DNA of 64,000 nucleotides from an uncultured Ruminococcus sp. (GTDB lineage: Bacteria > Bacillota > Clostridia > Oscillospirales > Ruminococcaceae). A program made the translations under genes and the position numbers. Each line of letters opens with the position of its first letter. The stretch's first letter is position 1. Positions 25,241 to 36,156 of this stretch are shown in pieces. The notes under the pieces are model-generated. The model saw only the letters and a program-made list of their open reading frames with translations, had not been told where the DNA came from and ran no database searches. Location: contig CAZXVI010000006.1 in assembly GCA_964644275.1 (NCBI GenBank), positions 8,423-72,422 of the forward strand. Reading direction: 5' to 3'.

Positions 25241-25270
25241 AAAGCCGCTGGATGTGAATCCAGCGGCTTT
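25241..25270. terminator. Bidirectional hairpin terminator between the ECF operon and engB
   Basis: A 13-bp stem, AAAGCCGCTGGAT-GTGA-ATCCAGCGGCTTT, with T-containing tails on both strands. Confidence 0.6.
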
Positions 25271-25340
25271 GTATATTCCTTCTTCCTGTTCTATATCTGT
25301 AATCCGACGCTCTGCATGACGCCGCCATAAACGACCAGCT

Positions 25341-25949
25341 TCATTCAACATCCGATATGGGTTCAGAATCTGCGATGTCCGAAAGGATCTCACGAAGGGG
25401 TTCCAATCCCTCAGATGTTTTGGCAGAAAACGGAATTGCATGAATATCGGAAAAGCAGGGAATCTCCTGTGCAAAGGCTGCCATACGTTTCTCACGCTCT
25501 GTTGTATTCAGCTTGTCTGCCTTTGTAAAAACCACTATGAACGGGATTTCTTCATCGATAAGCCTGTTGATCATGGCAATATCATCCGAAGAAGGAGCAT
25601 GGCGCATATCAATGAGCTGCACCGCAAGGCACAGATCACGATCCGATGCAAGATAGCCGTAAATCAAAGTTTTCAGTCGATCCTGCTCCCCTTTTGAGGT
25701 TCTGGCATAGCCATAGCCGGGCAGATCCACAAAATATACCTGATCCACTGCATAAAAATTGATGGTGGCAGTTTTCCCCGGTACAGCGCTGACTCTGGCA
25801 AGGGATTTTCTGCCCACCAGTTTATTGATCAGCGTGGATTTTCCCACATTGGAACGCCCAAGAAAGGCAAATTCCATCCGCTCCGGTTTGGGGAGCTGGG
25901 AACATTTGCCGCAAGCCATTCTGAAATCTGCATCCTGAAACTTCATCAT
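25341..25949 (-). CDS. engB: Ribosome biogenesis GTP-binding protein YsxC/EngB
   Basis: FLGRSNVGKSTLINKL is G1, VDLPGYGYA is G3 and FTKADKL is G4. Confidence 0.9.
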   Translation of the reverse strand: MMKFQDADFRMACGKCSQLPKPERMEFAFLGRSNVGKSTLINKLVGRKSLARVSAVPGKTATINFYAVDQVYFVDLPGYGYARTSKGEQDRLKTLIYGYLASDRDLCLAVQLIDMRHAPSSDDIAMINRLIDEEIPFIVVFTKADKLNTTEREKRMAAFAQEIPCFSDIHAIPFSAKTSEGLEPLREILSDIADSEPISDVE

Positions 25950-25958
25950 GTCCTCCTG

Positions 25959-28367
25959 TCATGCCCGGATGGACGTACTCACGTTCCCAATCTGGGGGGC
26001 TTTGCCGCCCTGAGCTGAAGGCTGGCTGGTTTCTTCCTTTTCCAATGCAATATTCAGCACCTCGGAGAGCTGCCGCACTGGCACAAAGGTTACTGCTTCC
26101 TTGACCACATCATCCACTTCTTCCAGATCCGCTCTGTTACCTTCAGGGATCAGCACAGTATGAATTCCGGCTTTATAAGCCGCCATGGACTTTTCACGGA
26201 GACCTCCGATGGGCATCACTCTGCCATGAAGGGTGATTTCTCCGGTCATTGCCACATCATATCTGACGGGAATACCGGATAGGGCAGAAATCAGTGCCGT
26301 TGCCATGGTTACACCAGCGGACGGGCCATCCTTCGGAACGGCACCCTCCGGTGCGTGGATATGCAGATCCTTGGTTTTATAGAAATCCTCAGGGATGTGG
26401 TACTCCTTTGCCACGCTGCGTGCATAGCTGACGGCAAGCTTGGCACTTTCCTGCATCACATTGCCCAGAGAACCCGTTATCTCGATATTTCCCTTTCCTT
26501 CCAGCACCAATGCCTCCAGGGGCATCAGCACACCGCCTACGGAAGTCCAGGCAAGTCCGTTGACAAGACCCACTGTATTCTTCTCACTCTGGGCATCGGG
26601 CAGGTATTTCGGGATTCCGAGATAGTCACGGAGATTCTTTTTTCTGACTGTAATCCGTTTGCGCTCACCGCCTGCAATGCTTTTGGCAGCCTTGCGGCAT
26701 ACAGCTCCGATGGTACGCTCCAGATTACGGACGCCCGCCTCCTTGGTATAGGCATCAATCATCTCGTAGAGCACTTCATCGGTAAAATGGCACTGCCCTG
26801 CTTTCAGTCCATGGGCATCCAGCTGCTTTGCAACCAAATGGCGCTTGGCAATCTGGAATTTCTCCTCACGGGTATAGCTGGTCAGCTCAATAATTTCCAT
26901 TCTGTCCCGCAAAGGGGCAGGAATGGTATCCAGGGTATTGGCAGTGGCCACAAACATCACCTGGCTCAGATCAAAGGGAACCTCTATGTAATGATCCCGG
27001 AATGCATGATTTTGCTCGCTGTCAAGCACCTCCAGAAGTGCCGCAGAGGGATCTCCCTTGAAATCATTGCTCATCTTATCAATTTCGTCCAGAAGGACAA
27101 GAGGATTGCGCACGCCTGCCTGCTGGACGGCAGCAATGATTCTGCCGGGCATTGCGCCTACATAGGTTTTCCTGTGACCGCGGATATCTGCTTCATCCCG
27201 GACGCCGCCCAGTGATACCCGGACAAACTTACGGGAAATGGCGTCGGCAACGGAACGTACAATGGAGGACTTGCCAATGCCGGGCGGTCCCACCAGGCAA
27301 ATAATCTGTCCCTTGAGTTCAGGATTCAGCACACGAACAGCAAGAGTTTCCAGAATACGCTCCTTGACCTTCTGCAGACCATAGTGATCCGCATCCAGTA
27401 TTTCCCTGGCTCTTTTCAGATCAGTACTTTCCTCGGAAAGTGCATTCCAGGGCAGTTCCAGACAGGTATCCAGAAAATTGGTAATGACAAAGGCTTCCTG
27501 GGACGCCAAGGGCAGATGATCCAGGCGGCTTGCCTCCTTGAGCAGCTTTTTCTCGCTGTCCTCCGGCAGATTCAGCTCGCAGATGCGCTGTGCGTAGGAA
27601 TCGGCATCATCCTCTCCCTCGCCTGTTTCTTCCTTGAGCTGACCGGAAATCACACGGAGCTGCTCACGCAGGAAATATTCACGCTGACCATGGTCAATGT
27701 TTTCCTGGGTGCGTTCCTGGATTTCCTTTTCCATTTCCAGAACCTGCGTTTCCTTGATCAGAATCTGGTACAGCAGCTGCAGCCGCTGGAACAGAGAGCT
27801 TTCCTCCAGAAGTGTCTGCTTATCCATATAGTCCAGCATTGTGTTAAAGACGATGGCCTCATAGAGGGACATGGGATCGTCCTGGCACATCACGGAAATC
27901 AGCACTTCCTTGGGCATTCTCGGAAAGAGCCGGCTGTAGCGTTCATAAACATCCTTAATCGCACGGATCAAGGCCATCATTTCTACTTCATGATAGGACT
28001 CACGACTGTTCAGAGGCATTCGCTTCACCTCTGTCACCATCATATCCTCATAGCGTTCTACATGCTTGATTTTGGCACGATATAATCCTTCCACCAGGAT
28101 CCGGATCGTATCATCCTGGGTTTTCAGAGTCTGCTTGATTTCGGCAACAACACCAATTTCAAAAATGTCCTGCGCATCAGGCTCCTCCACAAATACATCT
28201 CGCTGGGCTGTCAGGAACAATCTTCTATCCCTTCGCAATGCTTCTTCTACAGCATTGATGGAAATCTCTCTTGCAATGTCAAAATGCATGACCATATGCG
28301 GAAATGCCACTGTTCCACGCATGGGGACAGTCGGCAGCAGTTCATTCGTTTTTTTCTTTTCCTGCAT
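25959..28367 (-). CDS. lon: Endopeptidase La (Lon protease)
   Basis: 802 aa. There is an N-terminal LON domain and a Walker A (GPPGIGKSS). The protease site PKDGPSAGVTMATAL carries the catalytic Ser. Confidence 0.97.
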   Translation of the reverse strand: MQEKKKTNELLPTVPMRGTVAFPHMVMHFDIAREISINAVEEALRRDRRLFLTAQRDVFVEEPDAQDIFEIGVVAEIKQTLKTQDDTIRILVEGLYRAKIKHVERYEDMMVTEVKRMPLNSRESYHEVEMMALIRAIKDVYERYSRLFPRMPKEVLISVMCQDDPMSLYEAIVFNTMLDYMDKQTLLEESSLFQRLQLLYQILIKETQVLEMEKEIQERTQENIDHGQREYFLREQLRVISGQLKEETGEGEDDADSYAQRICELNLPEDSEKKLLKEASRLDHLPLASQEAFVITNFLDTCLELPWNALSEESTDLKRAREILDADHYGLQKVKERILETLAVRVLNPELKGQIICLVGPPGIGKSSIVRSVADAISRKFVRVSLGGVRDEADIRGHRKTYVGAMPGRIIAAVQQAGVRNPLVLLDEIDKMSNDFKGDPSAALLEVLDSEQNHAFRDHYIEVPFDLSQVMFVATANTLDTIPAPLRDRMEIIELTSYTREEKFQIAKRHLVAKQLDAHGLKAGQCHFTDEVLYEMIDAYTKEAGVRNLERTIGAVCRKAAKSIAGGERKRITVRKKNLRDYLGIPKYLPDAQSEKNTVGLVNGLAWTSVGGVLMPLEALVLEGKGNIEITGSLGNVMQESAKLAVSYARSVAKEYHIPEDFYKTKDLHIHAPEGAVPKDGPSAGVTMATALISALSGIPVRYDVAMTGEITLHGRVMPIGGLREKSMAAYKAGIHTVLIPEGNRADLEEVDDVVKEAVTFVPVRQLSEVLNIALEKEETSQPSAQGGKAPQIGNVSTSIRA

Positions 28368-28430
28368 ATTTCACCCTCACTTTACATAGTATCAGTTTGT
28401 CGATTCATCTTATTTTCTTCGTCTTAATTT

Positions 28431-28459
28431 ATTATACAACATTTTCAGACATAATGCAA
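28431..28459 (-). promoter_or_regulatory. SigmaA-type promoter of lon
   Basis: The minus strand reads TTGCAT (28459-28454), a 17-nt spacer, then TATAAT (28436-28431) with TGt extended -10. Confidence 0.6.
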
Positions 28460-28507
28460 GCGGTAATTTCCGCCTTGCGAAGAAATCCCATTGATAGTAT
28501 TTCCCGG

Positions 28508-28554
28508 TAAAAGCAATGGGATTCCCCCGGCAAAAGCGGCGGGAACCCCATCGC
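28508..28554 (-). terminator. Rho-independent terminator after clpX
   Basis: On the minus strand a roughly 19-bp imperfect stem pairs GCGATGGGGTTCCCGCCGC with GCCGGGGGAATCCCATTGC around a TTTT loop, followed by TTTT. Confidence 0.7.
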
Positions 28555-28581
28555 ATTGTTATTCTCCGCAAACGCAGCAAA

Positions 28582-29844
28582 TTACCACTGCTTAATCACC
28601 TTGTTGCGGCGGTCCGTCAGAATGGGCGGCGCATTGTCCGTGACGCATTCCTTGGTAATGGTGACCTTGGCAATATTCCCATAGGACGGAAGATTGAACA
28701 TGGAGTCCATCAGAATGCCTTCCATAATAGAACGCAGACCTCTTGCGCCAGTTTTCTGGGCAATCGCAAGCTTAGCAATTTCGAGGAGCGCGGCATCCTC
28801 CACCTCCAGCGTCACATCGTCATAGCCAAAGAGCTTGACATACTGCTTGATCAGTGCATTCTTCGGCTCTGTCAGAATCCGCACCAGGGCGGTTTCATCC
28901 AGCTGATCCAGTGCCGTAATGATGGGCAGACGTCCCACCAGCTCCGGTACCATACCGAACTTCACCAGATCCTGAGGAATCGCCTTTGCAAAAATATTGT
29001 CCATCTGCTGCTTTTTGGACTGCACATCTGCACCGAAGCCCATGCCGGAGGGCTGGATCCGCTTCATGATATGCTTTTCCAGACCGTCAAAGGCGCCTCC
29101 ACAGATAAACAGAATATTCTTGGTATTGATATGGATGAATTCCTGATTGGGATGCTTCCTGCCGCCCTGGGGCGGAACATTGGACACCGTTCCCTCGATG
29201 ATTTTCAGAAGAGCCTGCTGTACGCCCTCGCCGCTGACATCCCTTGTCAGCGAGGTATTCTCAGATTTTCTTGCAATTTTATCAATTTCATCAATATAGA
29301 TGATGCCGCGTTCAGCCGCTTCCACATCAAAATCTGCTGCCTGGATCAAGCGGAGGAGCACATTTTCCACATCATCACCCACATAGCCTGCTTCGGTAAT
29401 TGTAGTAGCATCGGCAATGGCAAAGGGGACATCCAGGATTTTGGCCAGGGTCTGGGCAAGGAAGGTTTTTCCCACACCAGTGGGGCCAAGAAGAAGCACA
29501 TTGCTCTTCTGGATTTCCACATCCTCTCCGTCATCCTGGCTCATAATGCGCTTGTAGTGATTATAGACGGAAACAGCAAGTGAAATCTTCGCCTGATCCT
29601 GACCAATGACATATTGATCCAGAACGGACTTGATCTCGGCAGGTTTTAGCAGCTTGAACTGCTTGGTTTTCTCCTCTTCACGCTGCTTCACCTTGCGGCG
29701 GCCGGCAGAGGTACCGAAAATCATTTCATAGCAGGTACAAACACATTCATCGCAAATATTGGTTTCCCCCGCAGAAAACATGCTCATGACCCTGTTTTCG
29801 CCTTTGCCGCAGAAGTTACAGATTTTAAAGGTATTCTCAGCCAT
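28582..29844 (-). CDS. clpX: ATP-dependent Clp protease ATP-binding subunit ClpX
   Basis: An N-terminal zinc ribbon (CNFCGK..CDEC), Walker A (GPTGVGKT) and IYIDEIDK are present. Confidence 0.97.
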   Translation of the reverse strand: MAENTFKICNFCGKGENRVMSMFSAGETNICDECVCTCYEMIFGTSAGRRKVKQREEEKTKQFKLLKPAEIKSVLDQYVIGQDQAKISLAVSVYNHYKRIMSQDDGEDVEIQKSNVLLLGPTGVGKTFLAQTLAKILDVPFAIADATTITEAGYVGDDVENVLLRLIQAADFDVEAAERGIIYIDEIDKIARKSENTSLTRDVSGEGVQQALLKIIEGTVSNVPPQGGRKHPNQEFIHINTKNILFICGGAFDGLEKHIMKRIQPSGMGFGADVQSKKQQMDNIFAKAIPQDLVKFGMVPELVGRLPIITALDQLDETALVRILTEPKNALIKQYVKLFGYDDVTLEVEDAALLEIAKLAIAQKTGARGLRSIMEGILMDSMFNLPSYGNIAKVTITKECVTDNAPPILTDRRNKVIKQW

Positions 29845-29849
29845 TTCAC

Positions 29850-30446
29850 TTACCTCTTTGCAATCACCTTGTCAATCAGGCCGTATGCCTGCGCCTCTTC
29901 CGCCGTCATATAGTTGTCACGTTCCGTATCACGTTCAATGACTTCCAGCTTCTGGCCTGTATGCTGGGACAGCAGCTCATTCATCTTCTGGCGGGTTCTC
30001 AGCAGGTGGTCGGAGTGAATTTTAATATCCGTACACTGACCGGACAGTCCGCCGGAAATCAGCGGCTGGTGAATCATGATTTCACTGTTGGGCAGAGCAA
30101 AACGCTTGCCCGGAGCACCGGCCGTCAGCAGGAACGCCCCCATGGAGGCAGCCATACCAATACAGATGGTGGACACATCACACTTGATATACTGCATGGT
30201 ATCGTAAATTGCCATCCCGGCAGTAATTGAGCCTCCGGGACTGTTGATGTACAGAGAAATATCCTTCTCCACATCCTGGCTCTCTAGATACAGCAGCTGT
30301 GCCACAACAAGACTTGCGGTGGTGTCGTTCACCTGATCGCAGAGCATAATAATACGGTCATTGAGCAGTCTTGAGAAAATATCATAAGAACGCTCACCTC
30401 TGCTTGTCTGCTCCACTACATAAGGGACTAAACTCATACTCCTCAT
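29850..30446 (-). CDS. clpP: ATP-dependent Clp protease proteolytic subunit
   Basis: [13 protein letters not shown], the active-site [11 protein letters not shown] and IMIHQP are present. Confidence 0.97.
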   Translation of the reverse strand: MRSMSLVPYVVEQTSRGERSYDIFSRLLNDRIIMLCDQVNDTTASLVVAQLLYLESQDVEKDISLYINSPGGSITAGMAIYDTMQYIKCDVSTICIGMAASMGAFLLTAGAPGKRFALPNSEIMIHQPLISGGLSGQCTDIKIHSDHLLRTRQKMNELLSQHTGQKLEVIERDTERDNYMTAEEAQAYGLIDKVIAKR

Positions 30447-30459
30447 CCTTTCTCATACG

Positions 30460-30497
30460 GTTTAGATAAAGCATGAGCGAACATGTATGTTCGCTCA
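30460..30497 (-). other. Hairpin between tig and clpP (possible attenuator or terminator)
   Basis: The near-palindrome TGAGCGAACAT..ATGTTCGCTCA has a weakly U-rich tail on the minus strand. Confidence 0.35.
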
Positions 30498-30524
30498 CAC
30501 ATTTTGGGTATTGATACAAACGAC

Positions 30525-31847
30525 TTATTCAGCAGCTTCTGTTTCTGCCGCTGCATCCTCAGCAACTTCCTCTACCACTGCATTTTCCTTGACAATTTCA
30601 ATTGCCTTGGTAACACGCATATCCATAACATAGTCTGCATAAGGAATGCGGCGCTTTACTTCAGCAACAGTCAGGTTGTTGGCAGAAGCCAGTTCCTCCA
30701 GGCTCTTGTTGATTTCCTCTTCGGAGATTTCAATGTTTTCCAGCTCTGCAATTTTTTCCAGTGCCAGACGCAGCTTTACCTCATTCACAGCACGGTCACG
30801 GTTGGAATCACGGAAATCCTCCATTGCCATGCCGGTGTACTGCAGGTACAGATCCAGGCTCATTCCCTGCTGCTTCAGCATGCTTTCAAAATTGCTGACC
30901 AGATTATCAATGCGGTGCTCAAACATGCAGTTCGGGATGGGAGCATCCACCTTTGCAATCAATGCTTCCATAATTGCATTGTCCACAGCGGACTCGGACT
31001 CACGAGCAGCAGAATCCTCCAGCTTAGCCTTTGCATCAGCTCTGAAGGCTTCCAGCGTATCAAATTCTGTGGAATCCTGAATGAACTCATCATCTGCTTC
31101 CGGCAGCTCTTCAACAGTGATGCCGTTAAGCTTGCACTTGAAGACAGCTTCCTTGCCGGCATAGTCTTCCATCTGATAATTCTCAGGGAAGGTAACTGTC
31201 ACATCGAATTCCTCACCGATGTTCTTGCCAACAATCTGCTCCTCAAAGCCGGGAATAAACTGACCGCTGCCAAGACGGAGCGGGAAATTCTCACCCTTGC
31301 CGCCTTCAAAGGGTTCATCACCGAAGAAACCCTCAAAATCAATATTCACTTCATCCTGCATCTGTGCTGCTCTGTCATCCACAGAAACCAGCCTTGCATT
31401 TCTCTGGCGAAGCATCTCCACCTGAGCATCAACGTCGGCATCAGTGATAGTCTTGACAGACTTTGCCACCTTTATGCCCTTATAATCGGAAATTTCGATT
31501 TCAGGCTTTGTGACGCACAATACCTTGAAGGCAACACCGTTTTCCTTATTTACGGACTCAACCTCAACATGAGGGCGATCCACCATGGTGAAGTCTGCCT
31601 GGATGAGAGCTGCTGTCAGCTCAGCATTGATCAGGTCGTTAACTGCGTCCTCATAGAAGACACCTTCACCCATGCGGGTCTCTGCCATCTTACGGCTGAC
31701 CTTACCTTTTCTGAAACCGGGGATGGAGATATTCTTCTTTACCTTCTGGTATGCCTTCTCCACAGCCGCTTCAAACTCTTCGGGTCCAACCTCGAATACC
31801 AGTTCAACAGTATTAACATCTGTTTTGGTTGTTGTTTTCAAACTCAT
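30525..31847 (-). CDS. tig: Trigger factor
   Basis: GFRKGKVSRKMAE is the ribosome-binding signature region, and FKBP-type middle and C-terminal domains follow. Start is ATG 31847, 8 nt after GGAGG. The track's TTG at 31862 overlaps the RBS. Confidence 0.95.
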   Translation of the reverse strand: MSLKTTTKTDVNTVELVFEVGPEEFEAAVEKAYQKVKKNISIPGFRKGKVSRKMAETRMGEGVFYEDAVNDLINAELTAALIQADFTMVDRPHVEVESVNKENGVAFKVLCVTKPEIEISDYKGIKVAKSVKTITDADVDAQVEMLRQRNARLVSVDDRAAQMQDEVNIDFEGFFGDEPFEGGKGENFPLRLGSGQFIPGFEEQIVGKNIGEEFDVTVTFPENYQMEDYAGKEAVFKCKLNGITVEELPEADDEFIQDSTEFDTLEAFRADAKAKLEDSAARESESAVDNAIMEALIAKVDAPIPNCMFEHRIDNLVSNFESMLKQQGMSLDLYLQYTGMAMEDFRDSNRDRAVNEVKLRLALEKIAELENIEISEEEINKSLEELASANNLTVAEVKRRIPYADYVMDMRVTKAIEIVKENAVVEEVAEDAAAETEAAE

Positions 31848-32013
31848 TTTTAAGTCCTCCAAATTATTAGTTCATCAAATTGCTGCTGCATTATCCGCTT
31901 TGTGGCAACCTCATTTTATTCATGCACAGCATATTCAATTCATTATAGCATATCTATGCGAATTTTTCTATAGATTTTTTGATTTCTTCAGCGACTTCTA
32001 CAATTTTTACAAA

Positions 32014-32703
32014 TTACAGAACCTTTTCCGGAACAAATTGTAAATAATCACCAGAAATCAAATGATAACAAATCCCGTCATCCATGCCTCGGGCAGCTCT
32101 GTTATGGGATTTTCCATGAAGATGCCCATAATAGCAGTCCTTTACAGAAAATTCCTTCAGGAGCTCCAGCATCGGTTCATTGCGATTAAGCCAGTAAATG
32201 GGCGGATAGTGCAGAAAAACAATGGGCTTCAGATGCTGTGAAACCGCTGCCTGGAGTGAAACTCTGAGGCGCTGCTGTTCCCGTGCCAGTACTTTGGCAT
32301 CTGCGGATTCACCGGGCATATTGACCCATCCCCGTGTGCCGCAGATTCCGTACTCACCGTAAGCATAGCAGTTATTATGCAGAATGGACAGGCTGTCAAA
32401 ACCATTCTGACAGAAGAAATCCGTCATTTTTTTCATGGAATTCCACCAGTAATCATGGTTGCCCTTCAGAATGATTTTCCTGCCGGGAAGCCCATGGAGA
32501 AATGCAAAATCCGCTTTTGCTTCCTCAAGGGTCATGCCCCAGGAGATGTCACCGGCAAGCACAACGGTATCCTCCGCCGCAATTCTGCTGCACCAGTTCT
32601 CCTCCAGCTGCTCCTGATAATTTGCCCAGCCTTTGAAAATATCCATCGGTTTCTCCGGCACACCGAATGACAGGTGGGTATCTCCAAGTACAAATAAACT
32701 CAT
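32014..32703 (-). CDS. Metallophosphoesterase family protein
   Basis: VLGDTHL, AGDISWG, GNHDYWW and HYPP are calcineurin-like phosphoesterase motifs. Confidence 0.85.
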   Translation of the reverse strand: MSLFVLGDTHLSFGVPEKPMDIFKGWANYQEQLEENWCSRIAAEDTVVLAGDISWGMTLEEAKADFAFLHGLPGRKIILKGNHDYWWNSMKKMTDFFCQNGFDSLSILHNNCYAYGEYGICGTRGWVNMPGESADAKVLAREQQRLRVSLQAAVSQHLKPIVFLHYPPIYWLNRNEPMLELLKEFSVKDCYYGHLHGKSHNRAARGMDDGICYHLISGDYLQFVPEKVL

Positions 32704-32706
32704 GCG

Positions 32707-34206
32707 TTATTCCGCAATACCCAGGTGACGAAGCACATAATGCTCCATTTCGTCCTTGTTGATCACATCGGAGAAGCGTACTGCCTTATCCTTCAGAGCG
32801 GCAAGGGACTGGGGAACCGGCAGACCGGATACCTCTGCAAGATGGGCAACCATCTCATATTCATCGGACGCCTTAACCTGCCCTTCCATTGCTTCCAGAA
32901 CGCTTTCGCTGAATTTATATGGACTTGCTGTTGAAGCAATGAGGGTTTTCGTGGTGTCACCGGTTCTTGCAATATAATCCAGGTACACCTTGACTGCAAC
33001 AGCCGTGTGTGTATCGCAGGTATAGCCATACTTTTCCTTAAAGTCATGAATGGTCTTCTTGGTATCCGCATCATCACAGAAGCCGCCGATAAAGTCAGCC
33101 TGGAGCTTGTTCTTTACCTCCTCGGAAACCTCATAGGTGCCCGTTTCAGACAGTGCGCTGAACCATGCACGTATCTGTGCATCATCGCCATCGGTCAGCA
33201 GATAGAGCAGACGCTCCAGATTGCTGGAGATCAGGATATCCATGGACGGAGAGCAGGTTGCATAGAAGTCACGGTTTCTGTTGTACACACCTGTTTCAAT
33301 GAAATCGGTGAGCACCTTATTAATATTGGAAGCACAGATCAGCTTGCCAATGGGCACACCCATCTGCTTTGCATAGTAAGCCGCCAGGATATTTCCGAAA
33401 TTACCTGTGGGGACCACCACGTTCATGGTTTCACCGAACTGAATGTACCCTTTCTTTGCCATTTCTGCATAGGAGGATACATAATAAACAATCTGGGGTG
33501 CCAGTCTGCCCCAGTTAATGGAGTTGGCACTGGAGAACATCTTGCCGCCGTTTGCCAGCTTTTCCTTCACTGCAGCATCAGTGAAAATCTTCTTCACGCC
33601 GTTCTGGCAGTCATCAAAGTTGCCTTCCAGAGCACAAACGCCCACATTCTGCCCCTCCTGGGTTCTCATCTGACGCTTCTGCATGGAGCTGACGCCATCC
33701 TGGGGATAAAATACCATAATTTCTGTGCCGGGCACATCCTTGAAGCCCTCCAATGCTGCCTTGCCGGTATCACCGGAAGTTGCAACCAGGATTACGACCT
33801 TTTTGTCCTCGCCGTTTTTCTTCAGAGAAGTGGTCAGCAAATAGGGCAGAATCTGGAGCGCCATATCCTTGAAAGCACAAGTCGGACCATGCCACAGCTC
33901 CAGAATATGCGCATCTCCAAAAGCTTCGGTCAGCTCTGCAATATTTTCTGTCTCGAAATTCTTTGTATTGTATGCATTGGAAGTACAGTATGTAATTTCC
34001 TCTGCAGTAAAATCGGTAAGGAATTTTCCGAATACCACATCCGCTCTCTGGGCATAGGTCATATCTGCCAATGCCTTGAGCTCCTCCATGGAAATCCGGG
34101 GAATCTCAGAAGGCACAAACAGTCCTCCATCCGCAGAAATTCCCTGGGCAATTGCTGTGGCACTGGTCACCTGCAATTGGCTGTCTCTTGTACTTTTATA
34201 GTACAT
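32707..34206 (-). CDS. thrC: Threonine synthase (long form)
   Basis: 499 aa starting MYYKSTR; HGPTCAFKDMALQ contains the PLP lysine. Confidence 0.93.
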   Translation of the reverse strand: MYYKSTRDSQLQVTSATAIAQGISADGGLFVPSEIPRISMEELKALADMTYAQRADVVFGKFLTDFTAEEITYCTSNAYNTKNFETENIAELTEAFGDAHILELWHGPTCAFKDMALQILPYLLTTSLKKNGEDKKVVILVATSGDTGKAALEGFKDVPGTEIMVFYPQDGVSSMQKRQMRTQEGQNVGVCALEGNFDDCQNGVKKIFTDAAVKEKLANGGKMFSSANSINWGRLAPQIVYYVSSYAEMAKKGYIQFGETMNVVVPTGNFGNILAAYYAKQMGVPIGKLICASNINKVLTDFIETGVYNRNRDFYATCSPSMDILISSNLERLLYLLTDGDDAQIRAWFSALSETGTYEVSEEVKNKLQADFIGGFCDDADTKKTIHDFKEKYGYTCDTHTAVAVKVYLDYIARTGDTTKTLIASTASPYKFSESVLEAMEGQVKASDEYEMVAHLAEVSGLPVPQSLAALKDKAVRFSDVINKDEMEHYVLRHLGIAE

Positions 34207-34249
34207 ACTACCACCCTTTCTTTGGTCATTTCAGATCTGCAAGCAGACC

Positions 34250-34648
34250 CTAATAAAATAATTGGCTATTGTCATGAAAGTCCGTTTCATCAAACGCACT
34301 TTCAAGATAATTAATATCAATCATCCGGTTGTGGTAAGCCGTCACTTCCGCTACATCATACCGGATGTACCAGTCCTCTTCTGATATATCAAACTTCTGG
34401 CAATACGCATATGCGGTGCGAATGAGCAGCCGCTGTTTTCTGCGGTCAACTGCTTCAGCACCTGTTGCAGCGGAACCCAGATGCCTGGTTTTCACCTCAA
34501 CGAAGCATAGCTCGTTTCCCTTTGCTGCCACGATATCAATCTCTCCGCCCCGGATTCTGAAATTCCTTGCAAGAATCTCATATCCCTGTGCTTCCAGATA
34601 GCAGCAAACTGCACTCTCTCCAAGATCTCCGGTTTCTTTCGGTTTCAT
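34250..34648 (-). CDS. yraN: YraN family (UPF0102) endonuclease-like protein
   Basis: [40 protein letters not shown]. Start ATG 34648 overlaps the rnhB stop. Confidence 0.85.
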   Translation of the reverse strand: MKPKETGDLGESAVCCYLEAQGYEILARNFRIRGGEIDIVAAKGNELCFVEVKTRHLGSAATGAEAVDRRKQRLLIRTAYAYCQKFDISEEDWYIRYDVAEVTAYHNRMIDINYLESAFDETDFHDNSQLFY

Positions 34649-35265
34649 AGGATTTTCTTCAGAAAGGAGGGTCGATGAATGGGGCATGGCCCAAACTGCA
34701 GCAAGGCTGCACGATGCTCCGCTGTACCATAGCCCTTATGCTTTTCAAAACCGTACTGGGGATACAGCTTTGCCTGTTCCAGCATATAATGATCCCTTGC
34801 CACCTTGGCAAGAATGGATGCTGCTGCAATGGAGGCGGAGGCTGCATCTCCCTTGACAACGGGTTCGCCGGGTACTGTCAGCTCCGGGAAACGATTGCCG
34901 TCCACCAGCGCATAATCCGGCGATAGCTGCAAGCCTTCCACTGCACGCTTCATCGCCAGCATGGCAGCCTGAAGAATATTGTATTGTTCAATCTCCGCAA
35001 CTGTTGCGGTACCAATGCACCAGGCAGCTGCTTTTTTCTGAATTTCCGGAAATAATTCCTCACGGCGCTTTTCGGAAAGCTTTTTGCTGTCGTCCAGCCC
35101 GGTAATCCCGGAGTCATCCTGAAGAATCACGGCAGCTGCAAACACATCCCCTGCCAGAGGACCTCTGCCGGCTTCATCCACACCACAGCAAATGCCATGA
35201 ACCAGCCGCATCCGGGAATCATATTCCAGCATCGCCTGCCGCCGCAATAAAGTATCCTGCCGCAT
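34645..35265 (-). CDS. rnhB: Ribonuclease HII
   Basis: [29 protein letters not shown] motifs are present. Confidence 0.93.
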   Translation of the reverse strand: MRQDTLLRRQAMLEYDSRMRLVHGICCGVDEAGRGPLAGDVFAAAVILQDDSGITGLDDSKKLSEKRREELFPEIQKKAAAWCIGTATVAEIEQYNILQAAMLAMKRAVEGLQLSPDYALVDGNRFPELTVPGEPVVKGDAASASIAAASILAKVARDHYMLEQAKLYPQYGFEKHKGYGTAEHRAALLQFGPCPIHRPSFLKKIL

Positions 35266-35267
35266 AA

Positions 35268-36143
35268 TTACGCCTCCCTGGTCGGTTGCTCCAGGGTAAT
35301 GCGTCCCAGCTTTGCACTGCGGAACTCATCCAGCACCATAATGGCAGCCCGCTCGGTGTTCACAACACCGCCGGAGAGCAGCATTCCCCTTTTTCTGCCG
35401 ATGGCATCCAGGAGTTTTTCACCGTCCGTTTCTTCCATCTCCACTTTATAGCGTTCTTTCAAAACCCGAGGATAATTGCGGTGGAGGTACTCCAGCAACA
35501 ACATGGAGAGCGCTTCCACGTCCAACACCTGGTCACGGATTGCACCAGTAAATGCCAGACGGCATGCAGCCTCCTGATCATCCAGTTTCGGCCAGAGCAC
35601 ACCGGGCATATCCAGAAATTCCACCTGGTCGTCCACCTTGACCCACTGTTTGGTACGGGTTACACCGGGGCGATCCTCCACCCTGGCACACTTGGATTTC
35701 GCCATACGGTTGATAAAAGAGGATTTGCCCACATTGGGAATTCCCACAATCATCAGCCGGATGGGTCTGCCCACCATGCCGGAACGCTGCCGCTTTTCCA
35801 GAAGATCGCTCAGAAGCTTGTCCCGCACTGCCGGCAGAAAATTCTTGGTTCCCCTGCCGCTCAGACAATCCATGGCAAGCGCCGGAACTCCCTGTGCTTC
35901 ATACCAGCGGATCCACTGGGCAGTCACATTGGGGTCAGCCATATCGCTTTTATTCAGTATTACCATATAGGGCTTGCTGTTCATGAGCTCTGTCAGCTCA
36001 GGATTACAGCTGCTCCTGGGAATTCTTGCATCCAAAAGTGCCACCACACCGTCCACCATGGACAGATTGGCAGCAATCATACGTCTTGTTTTGGTCATAT
36101 GACCGGGGAACCATTGTATATTTCTGATCTGAATCTCAGCCAT
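35268..36143 (-). CDS. rbgA: Ribosome biogenesis GTPase A (YlqF/RbgA)
   Basis: The circularly permuted GTPase order is seen: [32 protein letters not shown]. Confidence 0.93.
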   Translation of the reverse strand: MAEIQIRNIQWFPGHMTKTRRMIAANLSMVDGVVALLDARIPRSSCNPELTELMNSKPYMVILNKSDMADPNVTAQWIRWYEAQGVPALAMDCLSGRGTKNFLPAVRDKLLSDLLEKRQRSGMVGRPIRLMIVGIPNVGKSSFINRMAKSKCARVEDRPGVTRTKQWVKVDDQVEFLDMPGVLWPKLDDQEAACRLAFTGAIRDQVLDVEALSMLLLEYLHRNYPRVLKERYKVEMEETDGEKLLDAIGRKRGMLLSGGVVNTERAAIMVLDEFRSAKLGRITLEQPTREA

Positions 36144-36156
36144 ACCTGCTCCTTTT

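Noticed and set aside
25175-25351. A possible 58-aa tail-anchored membrane ORF (MLNEAG..FALFLTAIILLLILQTVIDITV) on the minus strand downstream of engB.
   Set aside because: Its start overlaps the end of engB and it has no RBS. Its 'coding' sequence is made of the two perfect hairpins (25241-25270 and 25176-25201) that are better explained as terminators of the convergent operons.
28516-34314. Further long antisense ORFs: 28516-29583 opposite clpX, 30483-31853 opposite tig, and 33007-34314 opposite thrC. Similar ones lie opposite apgM, asd, dapA, ribBA, lon and prkC.
   Set aside because: The same codon-aligned antisense-frame artefact applies. Every one mirrors a confidently identified gene, and none has a recognisable domain.
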